A stretch of DNA of 64,000 nucleotides, taken from assembly GCA_964530695.1 (NCBI GenBank), contig CAZGYQ010000004.1, positions 4,725 to 68,724 on the forward strand, in the 5' to 3' direction. A program made the position numbers and the translations under genes. This DNA comes from an uncultured Caulobacteraceae bacterium (lineage in GTDB: Bacteria; Pseudomonadota; Alphaproteobacteria; Caulobacterales; Aquidulcibacteraceae). Under the pieces are notes generated by a model, which worked only from the letters and a program-made list of their open reading frames with translations, was not told where the DNA came from and searched no databases. The stretch's first letter is position 1; every line of letters begins with the position of its first letter. Positions 39,948-49,565 of the stretch are shown piece after piece.

Positions 39948-39962
39948 TTAACCATACCTTCA
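39948..39962 (+). promoter_or_regulatory. CtrA-box-like site upstream of fliF
   Basis: TTAA-CCATACC-TTCA, about 70 nt upstream of the fliF GTG. One half-site is perfect and the other has one mismatch. Confidence 0.35.
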
Positions 39963-40028
39963 CCGGGGTGGGAAAAATCTGCCGGGCGGGCGTCATGACG
40001 GCGCCGTGAGTGATTCGGCGGACGGCGC

Positions 40029-41696
40029 GTGAACGGTCTGAACGATCTGATGATGAAAATCGGCCCGATGCGCCTGTTCGCGGCGCTCGGGATCACCGCT
40101 GTCGTGGCGGCGGCGCTGTTTGCGCTCATGTTCCGCGTGGGCGGCGAGGAGAAGGCCCTCCTTTTCTCCGATGTCGACATGGCTGAAGCCGGCGAGATCG
40201 CCTCGAAACTCGACGGCGCCAAGATCGCCTACGAGCTGCGGGGGGACGGCACGGCGATCTTCGTGCCCCGCTCACAGGTCATGTCGGCGCGGTTGATGCT
40301 GTCGGAGGACGGCCTGCCCTCGCGCGGGTCCATCGGCTACGAGATATTCGACAAGCAGGACGCGCTTGGCGCGACCCAGTTCCAGCAGAATATCAATCGC
40401 TTGCGGGCGCTCGAGGGCGAGTTGGCGCGCACCATCGCCTCCATCGACGGCGTCGAGCGCGCACGGGTGCATCTGGTCTTGCCCGAGCGGCAGCTCTTTT
40501 CGCAGGACAGGCAGGCGCCGTCGGCGTCGATCGTGCTCACCGTCAAGGGCGGCCAGCTGAGCCAGGGGCAGGTTCGCGCCGTCCGCAATCTCGTCGCCAG
40601 CGCGGTGCCCGGACTGGCGGTGAACCGGGTCACCATCGCCGACGCTTCAGGAAAGCTCCTGGCCGCGGCCGAGGACGACAGCGGCGCGGCCGCCGCGGAC
40701 GCAATGGACGAGCGCAAGGCCGCCGTCGAGGAGCGCCTGCGCAAGGAGGTGCAGGACATCGTCGAGAGCGTCGTGGGGCCCGGCGCCGCGCGCGTGCAGA
40801 TCGCCGCCGACATAGACTTCAACCGCGTCACCTCCACGTCGCAGACATTCGACCCCGAGGGTCGTGTCGTGCGCGAAACAAATTCGACCGAAGAAACAAG
40901 CTCCTCAAGCGACGGCGCGGACGGCGGCGGCGCCAGCGCGACGCGAAACCTGCCCGACGGCGCCGGCTCCAGCAGCGGCTCCACCAGCGGCAGCAACACC
41001 GAGCGCACCGAAGAACAGGTGCGCTACGAAATCTCCAACACCACCAAGACCGAAATCATCGAAGGCGGCCGGATCAAGCGCCTGTCCGTGGCGGTGGCCG
41101 TCGATGGGGTGACGGCTCCGGCGGGCGCGGACGGCGCGCCTGGCGCGTGGACCGCGCGCGAGGCGCAGGAACTCGATCGCATCACCACGCTCGTCAAGTC
41201 CGCGGTCGGCTTCGACGAAGCGCGCGGCGACAAGGTTGAGGTTGTGAATCTCAAGTTCGCGCAATCTCCGGCCGCCGCCGGCACGGAGGCCGCCAAGCCT
41301 TCGATGTTCGACTTCGGCAAGGACGAGATCATGCGCGGCGTGGAGCTGCTCGCGCTGCTGATTGTCGCGCTGGGCGTCATCTTCTTCGTCCTGCGCCCGT
41401 TGATCACGGGCATGCTGTCCGGGCAGGGCGGCGGCGGCGGCGGCGGTCTGCTGACGGCCCCCGGAGGCGCCATGGTAATCGCGGGCGGCCACGCAGCGAC
41501 GATCGCGCCGCCGGTCGCCGGCGCCTTGCCAGCTCCGGCGGGCGGCGTCGGCACGATCATCGACCAGCAACTCGATATCGCGAAAATCCAGGGGCAGGTG
41601 AACTCCTCATCGGTCAAGCGCGTCGCCGAGGTGATCGAACAGAACCCTGACGAATCGGCGCAGATCCTGCGCACATGGCTCTCGGAGCGCGCCTGA
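40029..41696 (+). CDS. fliF: flagellar MS-ring protein
   Basis: 555 aa (GTG start). N-terminal TM segment, then LSEDGLPSRGSIGYEIFD, RLRALEGELARTI and a second TM near the C-terminus. Contains a Gly7 run. Confidence 0.95.
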   Translation: MNGLNDLMMKIGPMRLFAALGITAVVAAALFALMFRVGGEEKALLFSDVDMAEAGEIASKLDGAKIAYELRGDGTAIFVPRSQVMSARLMLSEDGLPSRGSIGYEIFDKQDALGATQFQQNINRLRALEGELARTIASIDGVERARVHLVLPERQLFSQDRQAPSASIVLTVKGGQLSQGQVRAVRNLVASAVPGLAVNRVTIADASGKLLAAAEDDSGAAAADAMDERKAAVEERLRKEVQDIVESVVGPGAARVQIAADIDFNRVTSTSQTFDPEGRVVRETNSTEETSSSSDGADGGGASATRNLPDGAGSSSGSTSGSNTERTEEQVRYEISNTTKTEIIEGGRIKRLSVAVAVDGVTAPAGADGAPGAWTAREAQELDRITTLVKSAVGFDEARGDKVEVVNLKFAQSPAAAGTEAAKPSMFDFGKDEIMRGVELLALLIVALGVIFFVLRPLITGMLSGQGGGGGGGLLTAPGGAMVIAGGHAATIAPPVAGALPAPAGGVGTIIDQQLDIAKIQGQVNSSSVKRVAEVIEQNPDESAQILRTWLSERA

Positions 41697-41699
41697 TCC

Positions 41700-42752
41700 A
41701 TGGCCCCTTCCCGCCCCAACGCAAAGAAGGCCGAAGGCGGCGCGGTGATGAGCGTCTCCGAGCTGAACGGTCCGCAGAAGGCCGCGATCATCGTGCTTTC
41801 GCTCGGCGCGGACGCCGAGGCCGTTCTCAAGCTGTTCGAGGAAGACGAACTCAAGGAAGTCTCGCAGGCGATGTCCAACCTCGGCATCGTCGACTCCAGC
41901 GTCGTCGAACAGCTGATCATCGAGTTCGTCCAGCAGCTGTCCACATCGGGTCGCGTCGTCGGTTCGCAGTCGGCGACCGAACGTCTGCTCGCCAGCTTCC
42001 TCCCGCGCGACAAGGTCGACCAGCTGATGGAAGACATCCGCGGCCCGGCGGGCCGCACGATGTGGGACAAACTGGGCAACGTGAACGAACAGGTGCTCGC
42101 CAACTACCTGAAGAACGAATATCCCCAGACCGTGGCCGTGGTGCTTTCCAAGGTGAAGCCCGACCATGCCGCGCGCGTGCTCGCGGCCCTGCCCGACGAT
42201 TTCGCCATCGAATGCGTGCACCGGATGTTGCGCATGGAACCTGTGCAACGCGACATCCTCGACAAGATCGAAGGCACCCTGCGCGCCGAATTCATGTCCA
42301 ACCTCGCGCGAACGCCCAAGCGCGACAGCCACGAACTCATGGCCGAAATCTTCAACACGTTCGACCGCCAGACCGAGGCGCGCTTCGTCGCCGCGCTGGA
42401 AGAGCGCTCGCGCGAGGCGGCCGAACGCATCCGCGCGCTCATGTTCGTGTTCGAGGACCTCAAGCGGCTCGACGCCGGCGGCGCACAGACGCTCATGCGC
42501 GTCGCCGACAAGGCCGACCTCGCGCTGGCGCTCAAGGGCGCCTCCGATGAACTGCGCCAGCTTTTCCTGTCCAACATGTCCGAACGCGCCAGCAAGATTC
42601 TCAAGGACGACATGGCCGCAATGGGGCCGGTGCGCCTGAAGGACGTCGAAGGCGCGCAGACGCGCATGGTTCAGGCCGCCAAGGATCTCGCGGAGCGCGG
42701 CGAGATCATGCTGGCCGGCAATGGCGGCGGCGAAGAGGAACTCATCTATTGA
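41700..42752 (+). CDS. fliG: flagellar motor switch protein
   Basis: 350 aa. [22 protein letters not shown] and C-terminal torque-helix region [21 protein letters not shown]. Confidence 0.95.
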   Translation: MAPSRPNAKKAEGGAVMSVSELNGPQKAAIIVLSLGADAEAVLKLFEEDELKEVSQAMSNLGIVDSSVVEQLIIEFVQQLSTSGRVVGSQSATERLLASFLPRDKVDQLMEDIRGPAGRTMWDKLGNVNEQVLANYLKNEYPQTVAVVLSKVKPDHAARVLAALPDDFAIECVHRMLRMEPVQRDILDKIEGTLRAEFMSNLARTPKRDSHELMAEIFNTFDRQTEARFVAALEERSREAAERIRALMFVFEDLKRLDAGGAQTLMRVADKADLALALKGASDELRQLFLSNMSERASKILKDDMAAMGPVRLKDVEGAQTRMVQAAKDLAERGEIMLAGNGGGEEELIY

Positions 42753-43366
42753 GCGACATCATCGCCATCCGCCGCTATGCGTTCGAAACGGTGTTCGATG
42801 CCGATGGCGCCATTCTGAGCGAAGGCGCCGCGGCGCCGATGTATTCAGCCGCCGACCTTGAGCGCGAACGCGCGGCAGGCTTCGAGGCGGGCCGCCAGAG
42901 CGAGGCCGTGCGCGTCGAAGCCGAAACAGTCGCCACGCTCGCGGCGATCGCGCAGTCCACTGCACGTCTGTGCGAGCGCACCACCGCCGACCGGCGCGCG
43001 ATGGCCGAGGATGCGGCGCGTCTCGCGCTCGTGGCGGCCCGCAAGGTCGCGGGTGCTGCGCTTGCGGCGTTTGGCGAGGACCGTGTGGTCGCCGCGCTCG
43101 ACGCCGCGTTCGAAACCTTCGTCCACGCGCCCCGTCTGGTCGTGCGCGTCGGCCCCGACATGGACCGACTGCGCACGCGTCTTGAGGACGTCGCGCGCGA
43201 TCATGGTTTTCCGGGCACGCTGGTCGTGCGCGTCGAAGCCGGCCTGCAACAGGGCGATGTGTCCATCGACTGGGGCGAAGGCGCCATGTCGGTGAGCAGC
43301 GAGGAGGCCTTCCGCCGCATCGACGAGGTCATCGCCGCCACCCTTTCCGTGGAGCAACACGCATGA
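42749..43366 (+). CDS. FliH/FlbE-like flagellar export/assembly protein
   Basis: 205 aa. TTG start overlaps the fliG stop, and its own stop overlaps the fliN ATG (ATGA). Ala/Glu-rich coiled N-terminal half. Sits between fliG and fliN as Caulobacter flbE does. Confidence 0.65.
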   Translation: MSDIIAIRRYAFETVFDADGAILSEGAAAPMYSAADLERERAAGFEAGRQSEAVRVEAETVATLAAIAQSTARLCERTTADRRAMAEDAARLALVAARKVAGAALAAFGEDRVVAALDAAFETFVHAPRLVVRVGPDMDRLRTRLEDVARDHGFPGTLVVRVEAGLQQGDVSIDWGEGAMSVSSEEAFRRIDEVIAATLSVEQHA

Positions 43367-43692
43367 GCGCCGACACGCCGTTCGACCTGGAATCGCTTGA
43401 ACACAACATGCCTGCGGGCGCCGACGACGGCGCAATGCACACCGCGGCCGAACTCGCGCCGGTTTTCGATGTGCCGGTGAAGATCCAGGCGGTGCTGGGC
43501 AAGACGAGCGTGGATGTTGCAACCCTTCTGCGGCTGAGCCGCGGATCGGTGCTCGAACTCGACCGCAAGGTCGGCGAGGCGATCGACATCTACGTGAACA
43601 ACCGCCTCGTCGCGCGCGGCGAGGTGGTGCTCGTGGAAGAACGCCTCGGTGTAACCATGACGGAAATCATCAAGGACGGCGAAACGTCCTGA
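43363..43692 (+). CDS. fliN: flagellar motor switch protein FliN
   Basis: 109 aa. SpoA domain VPVKIQAVLGKTSVDVATLLRLSRGSVLELDRKVGEAIDIYVNNRLVARGEVV. Confidence 0.9.
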   Translation: MSADTPFDLESLEHNMPAGADDGAMHTAAELAPVFDVPVKIQAVLGKTSVDVATLLRLSRGSVLELDRKVGEAIDIYVNNRLVARGEVVLVEERLGVTMTEIIKDGETS

Positions 43693-43705
43693 GGAAGAAC
43701 CCCTG

Positions 43706-45058
43706 ATGCGAATTCTCATTGTTGGTCCGCTTAACGGACAGATCGCGGCGGCGACGAAGATCGCGATGGATCGCGGCGCCAAGGTCGCACACGTCGACAC
43801 CGGAGAGCAGGCGACGACCGCGCTGCGCAACGGCCGTGGCGCCGATCTCCTGATGGTCGATGTACGCATCGACATCGCCGGCCTTATCGCGGCCAACGAA
43901 GCCGAACGGATAGCGGTGCCGGTGATCGCGTGCGGCATCGAGACCGATCCCGAAACCGCCGGCCGCGCGATCCGCGCCGGCGCGCTCGAATTCGTGCCGC
44001 TGCCGCCGGACGCGGCGCTGATCGCGGCCGTGCTGCAGGCGATCTCGCGCGACACCCGCGACCTCGTGGCGACCGATCCCGCGATGAAGCAGGTCATCGC
44101 GCTCGCCGACCAGATTGCGGGTTCCGACGCCTCGGTGCTGATCACCGGCGAAAGCGGCGTCGGCAAGGAAGTGATGGCGCGTCACGTCCACGCGCAGTCA
44201 AAACGCGCCAGCGCGCCGTTCATCGCCATCAACGTCGCCGCGATCCCCGATAACCTCCTGGAATCGGAACTTTTCGGCCACGAGCGCGGCGCCTTCACCG
44301 GCGCGGTGGCGCGGCGCATCGGCAAGTTCGAGGAAGCCGACGGCGGCACGCTCCTGCTCGACGAAATCAGCGAGATGGACCTGCGCCTGCAGGCCAAGCT
44401 CCTGCGCGCCATCCAGGAACGCGTGATCGACCGTCTCGGCGGCGCCAAGCCCGTGCCTGTGAACATCCGCATCCTGGCGACCGCCAACCGCGATCTCGCG
44501 CAGTGCGTGCGCGACGGCACGTTCCGCGAGGACCTGCTCTATCGCCTGAACGTCGTGAACCTGCGCATTCCGCCGCTGCGCGAACGCAAGGGCGACATCG
44601 CCGCGCTCGCGAACTTCTTCGTGCGCAAGTACGGCGAGTCCAACGGACGGCCCGGCCGCGTGCTGAACGCCGCCGCGCTCGAGGCGGTGATGAATTATCG
44701 CTGGCCCGGCAACGTGCGCGAACTCGAGAACGCGATGCACCGCGCGGTGCTGTTGTCCAACGGCGCCGAGATCGGTCCGGACGCCATCCGCGCGCCCGAC
44801 GGCGCGCCCGTGGGCTCGAGCGCGCCGCGCACGGACGCCGCCGCGCGCGCCGTCGACGCCGCGCGCGGCATGGTCGGCAAGACCGTTGCCGAAGTGGAAC
44901 AGGATCTCATCCTCGACACGCTCACGCATTGCCTCGGCAATCGCACGCACGCTGCAAACATCCTTGGGATTTCGATACGAACATTGCGCAACAAGCTGAA
45001 GCAGTATTCTGAGGAAGGCATCGATGTGCCGCCGCCCCCGATGGGCGTGGCGGCCTGA
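43706..45058 (+). CDS. flbD: sigma-54-dependent flagellar transcriptional activator (NtrC family)
   Basis: 450 aa. Receiver-like N-terminus, AAA+ core with GESGVGKE (Walker A), GAFTGA loop (ERGAFTGA) and LLLDEI (Walker B). C-terminal Fis-type HTH AANILGISIRTLRNKL. Confidence 0.9.
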   Translation: MRILIVGPLNGQIAAATKIAMDRGAKVAHVDTGEQATTALRNGRGADLLMVDVRIDIAGLIAANEAERIAVPVIACGIETDPETAGRAIRAGALEFVPLPPDAALIAAVLQAISRDTRDLVATDPAMKQVIALADQIAGSDASVLITGESGVGKEVMARHVHAQSKRASAPFIAINVAAIPDNLLESELFGHERGAFTGAVARRIGKFEEADGGTLLLDEISEMDLRLQAKLLRAIQERVIDRLGGAKPVPVNIRILATANRDLAQCVRDGTFREDLLYRLNVVNLRIPPLRERKGDIAALANFFVRKYGESNGRPGRVLNAAALEAVMNYRWPGNVRELENAMHRAVLLSNGAEIGPDAIRAPDGAPVGSSAPRTDAAARAVDAARGMVGKTVAEVEQDLILDTLTHCLGNRTHAANILGISIRTLRNKLKQYSEEGIDVPPPPMGVAA

Positions 45059-45104
45059 CAACTGAGTTTTCGCGACGTCCCGTCTTTCGATCGAGTAACC
45101 GCAC

Positions 45105-47201
45105 ATGAGCGACGCCGCACAGCCGCAAGGCATCCTCCCCGACTTGGCGACCGTCGCCAAAAGCGCGCTGCGCGGGGAAGTCTATCTCGCCGCGGCGGTG
45201 CTCTTCATCCTGGCGATCCTGCTGGTGCCGCTGCCGGCGTGGTTCATGGATTTCCTGCTGGCGATCTCGATCACGTCCTCGGTGCTGGTGCTGATGACCG
45301 CGCTCCTGATCAAGCGGCCGCTGGAATTCACCGCCTTCCCGACCGTACTGCTGCTGACCACGCTCTTCCGCCTCGCTCTGAACGTCGCCTCGACGCGCCT
45401 GATCCTCAGCCACGGCCATACGGGCCCCGACGCCGCCGGCCAGGTGATCAACGCCTTCGGCGAATTCGTCATGCAGGGCAATTTCATCATCGGGGTGATC
45501 GTCTTCATCATCCTGATCATCGTAAACTTCGTGGTGATCACCCGCGGTTCTACGCGGATCGCGGAAGTCGCCGCGCGCTTCACCCTCGACGCCATGCCCG
45601 GCAAGCAGATGGCCGTCGACAGCGATCTCTCCTCCGGCCTCATCGACGAGGCGACGGCGAAAAAGCGGCGCAAGGAACTCGAAGAAGAATCCAACTTCTT
45701 CGGGGCCATGGACGGCGCGTCCAAGTTCGTGCGCGGCGACGCGATCGCGGCGCTGCTGATCACCGCCATCAACATCGTCGGCGGCATCATCATCGGCATG
45801 GCGAGCCACCAGCTGCCGTTCGGCGAAGCGGCCGACCACTATACGCGCCTGACGGTGGGCGAAGGCCTCGTCGCACAGGTGCCGTCGCTGATCATCTCGG
45901 TGGCCGCGGGCCTGCTCGTGGCGAAGGCCGGCGTCGAAGGCGCCGCCGACAAGGCGCTCGCGCGCCAGCTCGCATCGTATCCCCCGGCGCTCGGCATGGT
46001 CAGCGCGTGCGCATTCATCGCCGGCATCCTGCCGGGAATGCCGATCATTCCGTTCTTCGCGCTCGCCGCCGGTTCGGGGCTGCTCGCCTGGCGCCTGCGC
46101 GGATCGACGAAGGCCCGCGAGGACGCCGAGATCGCGGCGACCCAACCCGCCGCGGCCCCAGTGACGGAAGAAACGCCCGCGCAATCGCTGGCGATGGACG
46201 ACGTGCGCATCGAACTGGGTTTCGGACTTCTGTCGCTGCTCAACGAAGTGCAGGGCCGACGCCTCACCGACCAGATCCGCGCGCTGCGCAAGTCGCTGGC
46301 GCAGGAGCTCGGCTTCGTCACGCCGCAGGTGCGCATCCTCGACAACGTGCAGATCGGCCCGGATGAATACGTCATCCGCGTGCGCGAAATGGAAGCCGGC
46401 AAGGGCAAGCTGAAACTCGGCGCGCTGCTGGCGATGGATCCTTCCGGCGCGGGCGTGGCCATCGCCGGCGAGCCGGTCAAGGAGCCCGCCTTCGGCCTCG
46501 ACGCCACGTGGATCGACGATTCCGCGCGCGAGGAAGCGGCGTTCCGCGGCTACACCGTCGTCGATCCCGCCACCGTGCTCGCCACGCACCTCACCGAGAT
46601 CGTCAAGGAATACATGGGCGAACTGCTCACCTTCTCGGAGGTGAAAAAACTCATCAAGGAATTGCCGAAGGACACGCAGACGCTGCTCGACGACGTGGCG
46701 CCAACGCACATCTCATGGTCCGGCATCCAGCGCGTGCTGCAGAACCTGCTGCGCGAGCGCGTGTCGATCCGCGACCTCGGCGCCATCGTGGAGGCGATCG
46801 CGGAAGCCGCACCCGCCACGCACGACCTCGTGCAGATCACCGAACACGTCCGCGCGCGTCTGGCGCGCCAGATTTCCTTCCAGCATCAGGGGCACACCGG
46901 CTTCCTGCCGATCGTCACGCTGTCGCCGGCGTGGGAGCAGACGTTTGCGGAAGCGCTGATCGGCGAACGCGGCGAAAGGCAGCTCTCGCTCGCGCCATCG
47001 AAACTGCACCAGTTTGTCGCCGATGTACGCCAGGCGTTCGAACAGGCGGCGCGCGAGGGCGAAACGCCCGTGCTGCTGACCAGTCCCGCGATCCGCCCCT
47101 ATGTGCGCTCGCTCATTGAGCGTTTCCGCGCCGCCACGGCCGTGATGTCGCAGAGCGAAGTGCACCCGAAGGCGCGCCTGAAGTCCTGCGGCCAGATCTG
47201 A
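45105..47201 (+). CDS. flhA: flagellar type III export gate protein
   Basis: 698 aa. N-terminal polytopic membrane domain with the FHIPEP region (RIAEVAARFTLDAMPGKQMAVDSDL) and a cytoplasmic C-terminal domain. Confidence 0.97.
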   Translation: MSDAAQPQGILPDLATVAKSALRGEVYLAAAVLFILAILLVPLPAWFMDFLLAISITSSVLVLMTALLIKRPLEFTAFPTVLLLTTLFRLALNVASTRLILSHGHTGPDAAGQVINAFGEFVMQGNFIIGVIVFIILIIVNFVVITRGSTRIAEVAARFTLDAMPGKQMAVDSDLSSGLIDEATAKKRRKELEEESNFFGAMDGASKFVRGDAIAALLITAINIVGGIIIGMASHQLPFGEAADHYTRLTVGEGLVAQVPSLIISVAAGLLVAKAGVEGAADKALARQLASYPPALGMVSACAFIAGILPGMPIIPFFALAAGSGLLAWRLRGSTKAREDAEIAATQPAAAPVTEETPAQSLAMDDVRIELGFGLLSLLNEVQGRRLTDQIRALRKSLAQELGFVTPQVRILDNVQIGPDEYVIRVREMEAGKGKLKLGALLAMDPSGAGVAIAGEPVKEPAFGLDATWIDDSAREEAAFRGYTVVDPATVLATHLTEIVKEYMGELLTFSEVKKLIKELPKDTQTLLDDVAPTHISWSGIQRVLQNLLRERVSIRDLGAIVEAIAEAAPATHDLVQITEHVRARLARQISFQHQGHTGFLPIVTLSPAWEQTFAEALIGERGERQLSLAPSKLHQFVADVRQAFEQAAREGETPVLLTSPAIRPYVRSLIERFRAATAVMSQSEVHPKARLKSCGQI

Positions 47202-47233
47202 GAACCCCACCACAGACTTGGACAACCGAAACT

Positions 47234-47262
47234 GCCGTGCTTCCCCTCGCGGGGAAGGACGT
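47234..47262. repeat. solo family A terminal hairpin (A3), likely terminator
   Basis: gccgtg-cttcccc-tcgc-ggggaag-gacg. The left flank matches the left end of A1 and the right flank matches the right ends of A1/A2. Lies between convergent flhA and a small ORF. Confidence 0.75.
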
Positions 47263-47297
47263 CAGTCGCGCGTGTGCGGACGCAAACTCGCTGAAGC

Positions 47298-47492
47298 TCA
47301 GCCCCGTTCGCGCAGCGCGGCCTGGCGCAGCAGACGCTCATCCTTCGGCGTCTTCGTCTCCGCATCGACGATGTAGACGTTGATCACGCCGCGCTTGCGG
47401 TAGGCGGCGGCGACCGCGAGCGCTTCGGTGGCGGTGACGCAGGGGTCGGCCTTCGTGTCAGGCGGCACGCCCGCATGGACAATATACGACAT
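47298..47492 (-). CDS. small hypothetical protein (64 aa)
   Basis: This is the 3' part of track ORF 47298..47825. ATG at 47492 is preceded by GGGAG with a 6-nt spacer. MSYIVHAGVPPDTKADPCVTATEALAVAAAYRKRGV... No motif recognised. Confidence 0.3.
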   Translation of the reverse strand: MSYIVHAGVPPDTKADPCVTATEALAVAAAYRKRGVINVYIVDAETKTPKDERLLRQAALRERG

Positions 47493-47616
47493 CGTGCGCT
47501 CCCGTGCGGCTCGTGACCACTTCCTACGGCGAACGCGTGCGCCCGGAAAGGACCTTGCGCTGCGGGCGTCACGGTCTAGGTTTCCGCGCGACAAGAACCT
47601 GATCGGAACCGCCGCC

Positions 47617-48921
47617 ATGCGCCTGAGCCTCCCCCTTCTCGCCATCGTCGCCGGGCTGTCGCTGGCGGCGTGCTCGCAGTCAAAGCCCGACGCAACCGGC
47701 ACCTTCGGGCCGAACCCGAAGATCGGCGCGCCGACGGCGGGCGCCATTCCGACGCTGAACAACGCCAAGGCCGTGGGCTGGCCCGCGGGCGGCGCGCCGG
47801 TTCCCGCGGCGGGCCTAACGGTCACGCGCTACGCGGAAGGCCTCGCGCATCCGCGCTGGCTCTATCTGCTGCCGAACGGCGACGTGCTCGTCGCGGAGGC
47901 GAGCAGCCATCCCTCGGCCGGCAAGGGCCTTGAGACGCAGGTCGCCAACAACCTGATGCGCAGCGGCGGCGCGTTCGCCGATGCGGCCAACCACATCACG
48001 CTGCTGCGCGATTCCGATGGCGACGGCGACGTCGACCTGCAACGCCAGTTCATCGGCGGTCTGAGCCAGCCGACGGGCATGGCGCTCGTCGGCGACAGCC
48101 TCTACGTCGCCAACACCGACGCGCTGCTGCGCTTCCCGTACGCGGCGGACGTGACGAGCATCTCGACGCCGGGCGAGAAAATCATCGATCTCCCCAACAA
48201 TCCGCCCAACAACGGCCACTGGACGCGCACGCTCGCGGCGAGCGCGGATGGAACGAAACTGTTCATCGCCATCGGCTCGGCCAGCAACATCGGCGAAGCG
48301 GGAGCCGAGATCGAAAGGGACCGCGCCGCGATCTGGGAGCTGGATCTGGCGACGAAAGCGCATCGCGTCTTCGCGTCCGGCCTGCGCAATCCCGTCGGCA
48401 TCGGCTGGGAGCCGACGACGCAGACGCTGTGGACGTCCGTCAACGAGCGCGACCTGCTCGGCGACGACCTCGTGCCGGACTACTTCACCAGCGTGAAGGA
48501 CGGCGCGTTCTACGGCTGGCCCTGGTCGTATTACGGCCAGCATGTCGATGCGCGCGTGACGCCGCAGGACGCCGCGATGGTCGCGCGCGCCATCGCCCCG
48601 GACTACGCGCTGGGCGCACACACCGCTTCGCTCGGGCTGCACTTCTACACGGGAACAGCGCTGCCGGCCGCGTATCGCGGCGGCGCCTTCATCGGCCAGC
48701 ACGGCTCGTGGAACAGGAGCGTGCCCGCCGGCTACAAGGTGATCTTCGTGCCCTTCGCCGACGGAAAACCGAGCGGCCCGCCGCAGGATTTCCTCACCGG
48801 CTTCCTCAACGCGCGCGATGAAGCGCAAGGCCGCCCCGTCGGCGTCGCGCAGGATCGCACCGGCGCCATCCTCGTGGCCGACGACGTGGGCAAGATCGTG
48901 TGGCGCGTGGCGCCGCTGTAG
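47617..48921 (+). CDS. PQQ-dependent sugar (sorbosone/glucose) dehydrogenase family lipoprotein
   Basis: 434 aa from MRLSLPLLAIVAGLSLAAC (lipobox). Beta-propeller motifs NGHWTRTL, RNPVGIGWEP and GAFYGWPWSY. Confidence 0.85.
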   Translation: MRLSLPLLAIVAGLSLAACSQSKPDATGTFGPNPKIGAPTAGAIPTLNNAKAVGWPAGGAPVPAAGLTVTRYAEGLAHPRWLYLLPNGDVLVAEASSHPSAGKGLETQVANNLMRSGGAFADAANHITLLRDSDGDGDVDLQRQFIGGLSQPTGMALVGDSLYVANTDALLRFPYAADVTSISTPGEKIIDLPNNPPNNGHWTRTLAASADGTKLFIAIGSASNIGEAGAEIERDRAAIWELDLATKAHRVFASGLRNPVGIGWEPTTQTLWTSVNERDLLGDDLVPDYFTSVKDGAFYGWPWSYYGQHVDARVTPQDAAMVARAIAPDYALGAHTASLGLHFYTGTALPAAYRGGAFIGQHGSWNRSVPAGYKVIFVPFADGKPSGPPQDFLTGFLNARDEAQGRPVGVAQDRTGAILVADDVGKIVWRVAPL

Positions 48922-48923
48922 AC

Positions 48924-49385
48924 ATGCACTCCCTTCTCCCCATCGCCGCGCGCGCGGGCGAGCTGCTCAAGTCGCGCAATGAAACCATCGCCATCGCGGA
49001 ATCCTCCGCCGGCGGGCTGATCTCGGCGGCGCTGCTCGCCGTGCCGGGCGCGAGCGCGTATTTTCTTGGCGGCGGCGTCGTATACACTGTGGAATCACGC
49101 CTGGCGCTGCTGCAGATGCCGCGCGAGGACATCATCCGCTCCAGCGAGCAGAGCGCGCTCAATCTCGCCCGCGCCGTGCGCAAACAGCTCGGCGCCACGT
49201 GGGCGCTCGGCGAAACGGGCGCTGCGGGCCCGACAGGTCCGTCGGGTCGCCTTTTCCTCGCGGTGACAGGGCCGTTCGAGATCACGCTGCACGAGGAGAC
49301 CGGCGTCGAGGATCGCGCGGAGAACATGCGCCGCTTCGCGAAGAGCGCGCTGACGCTGCTCGTCGACGTCCTGGAGAAAGCCTAG
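48924..49385 (+). CDS. CinA C-terminal domain protein (PncC-like nicotinamide-nucleotide amidohydrolase)
   Basis: 153 aa from MHSLLP. Motif TIAIAESSAGGLISAALLAVPGASAYFLGGGVVYT. Confidence 0.85.
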   Translation: MHSLLPIAARAGELLKSRNETIAIAESSAGGLISAALLAVPGASAYFLGGGVVYTVESRLALLQMPREDIIRSSEQSALNLARAVRKQLGATWALGETGAAGPTGPSGRLFLAVTGPFEITLHEETGVEDRAENMRRFAKSALTLLVDVLEKA

Positions 49386-49394
49386 CGCCTGGTC

Positions 49395-49540
49395 ACCGCG
49401 CTTCCCCGTGAGGGGAAGCTGTCGCGCCGAAGGCGTGACTGATGGGGCGGCAAGCTCAATTTCAACGGGAAGCCGCCGCCCCATCCGTCATTCGCTTCGC
49501 GAATGCCACCTTCCCCTCGCGGGGAAGGACGGAGTCGGCG
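49395..49540. repeat. family A five-hairpin element (copy A2) at a convergent junction
   Basis: Collinear with A1. Hairpins 1, 3 and 5 are sequence-conserved. Hairpins 2 (gtcgcgcc-gaa-ggcgtgac) and 4 (cattcgc-ttc-gcgaatg) have different sequence but the same structure and position. Confidence 0.9.
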
Positions 49541-49565
49541 CCGGTCGCAGATTGTTCGCGTGGTC

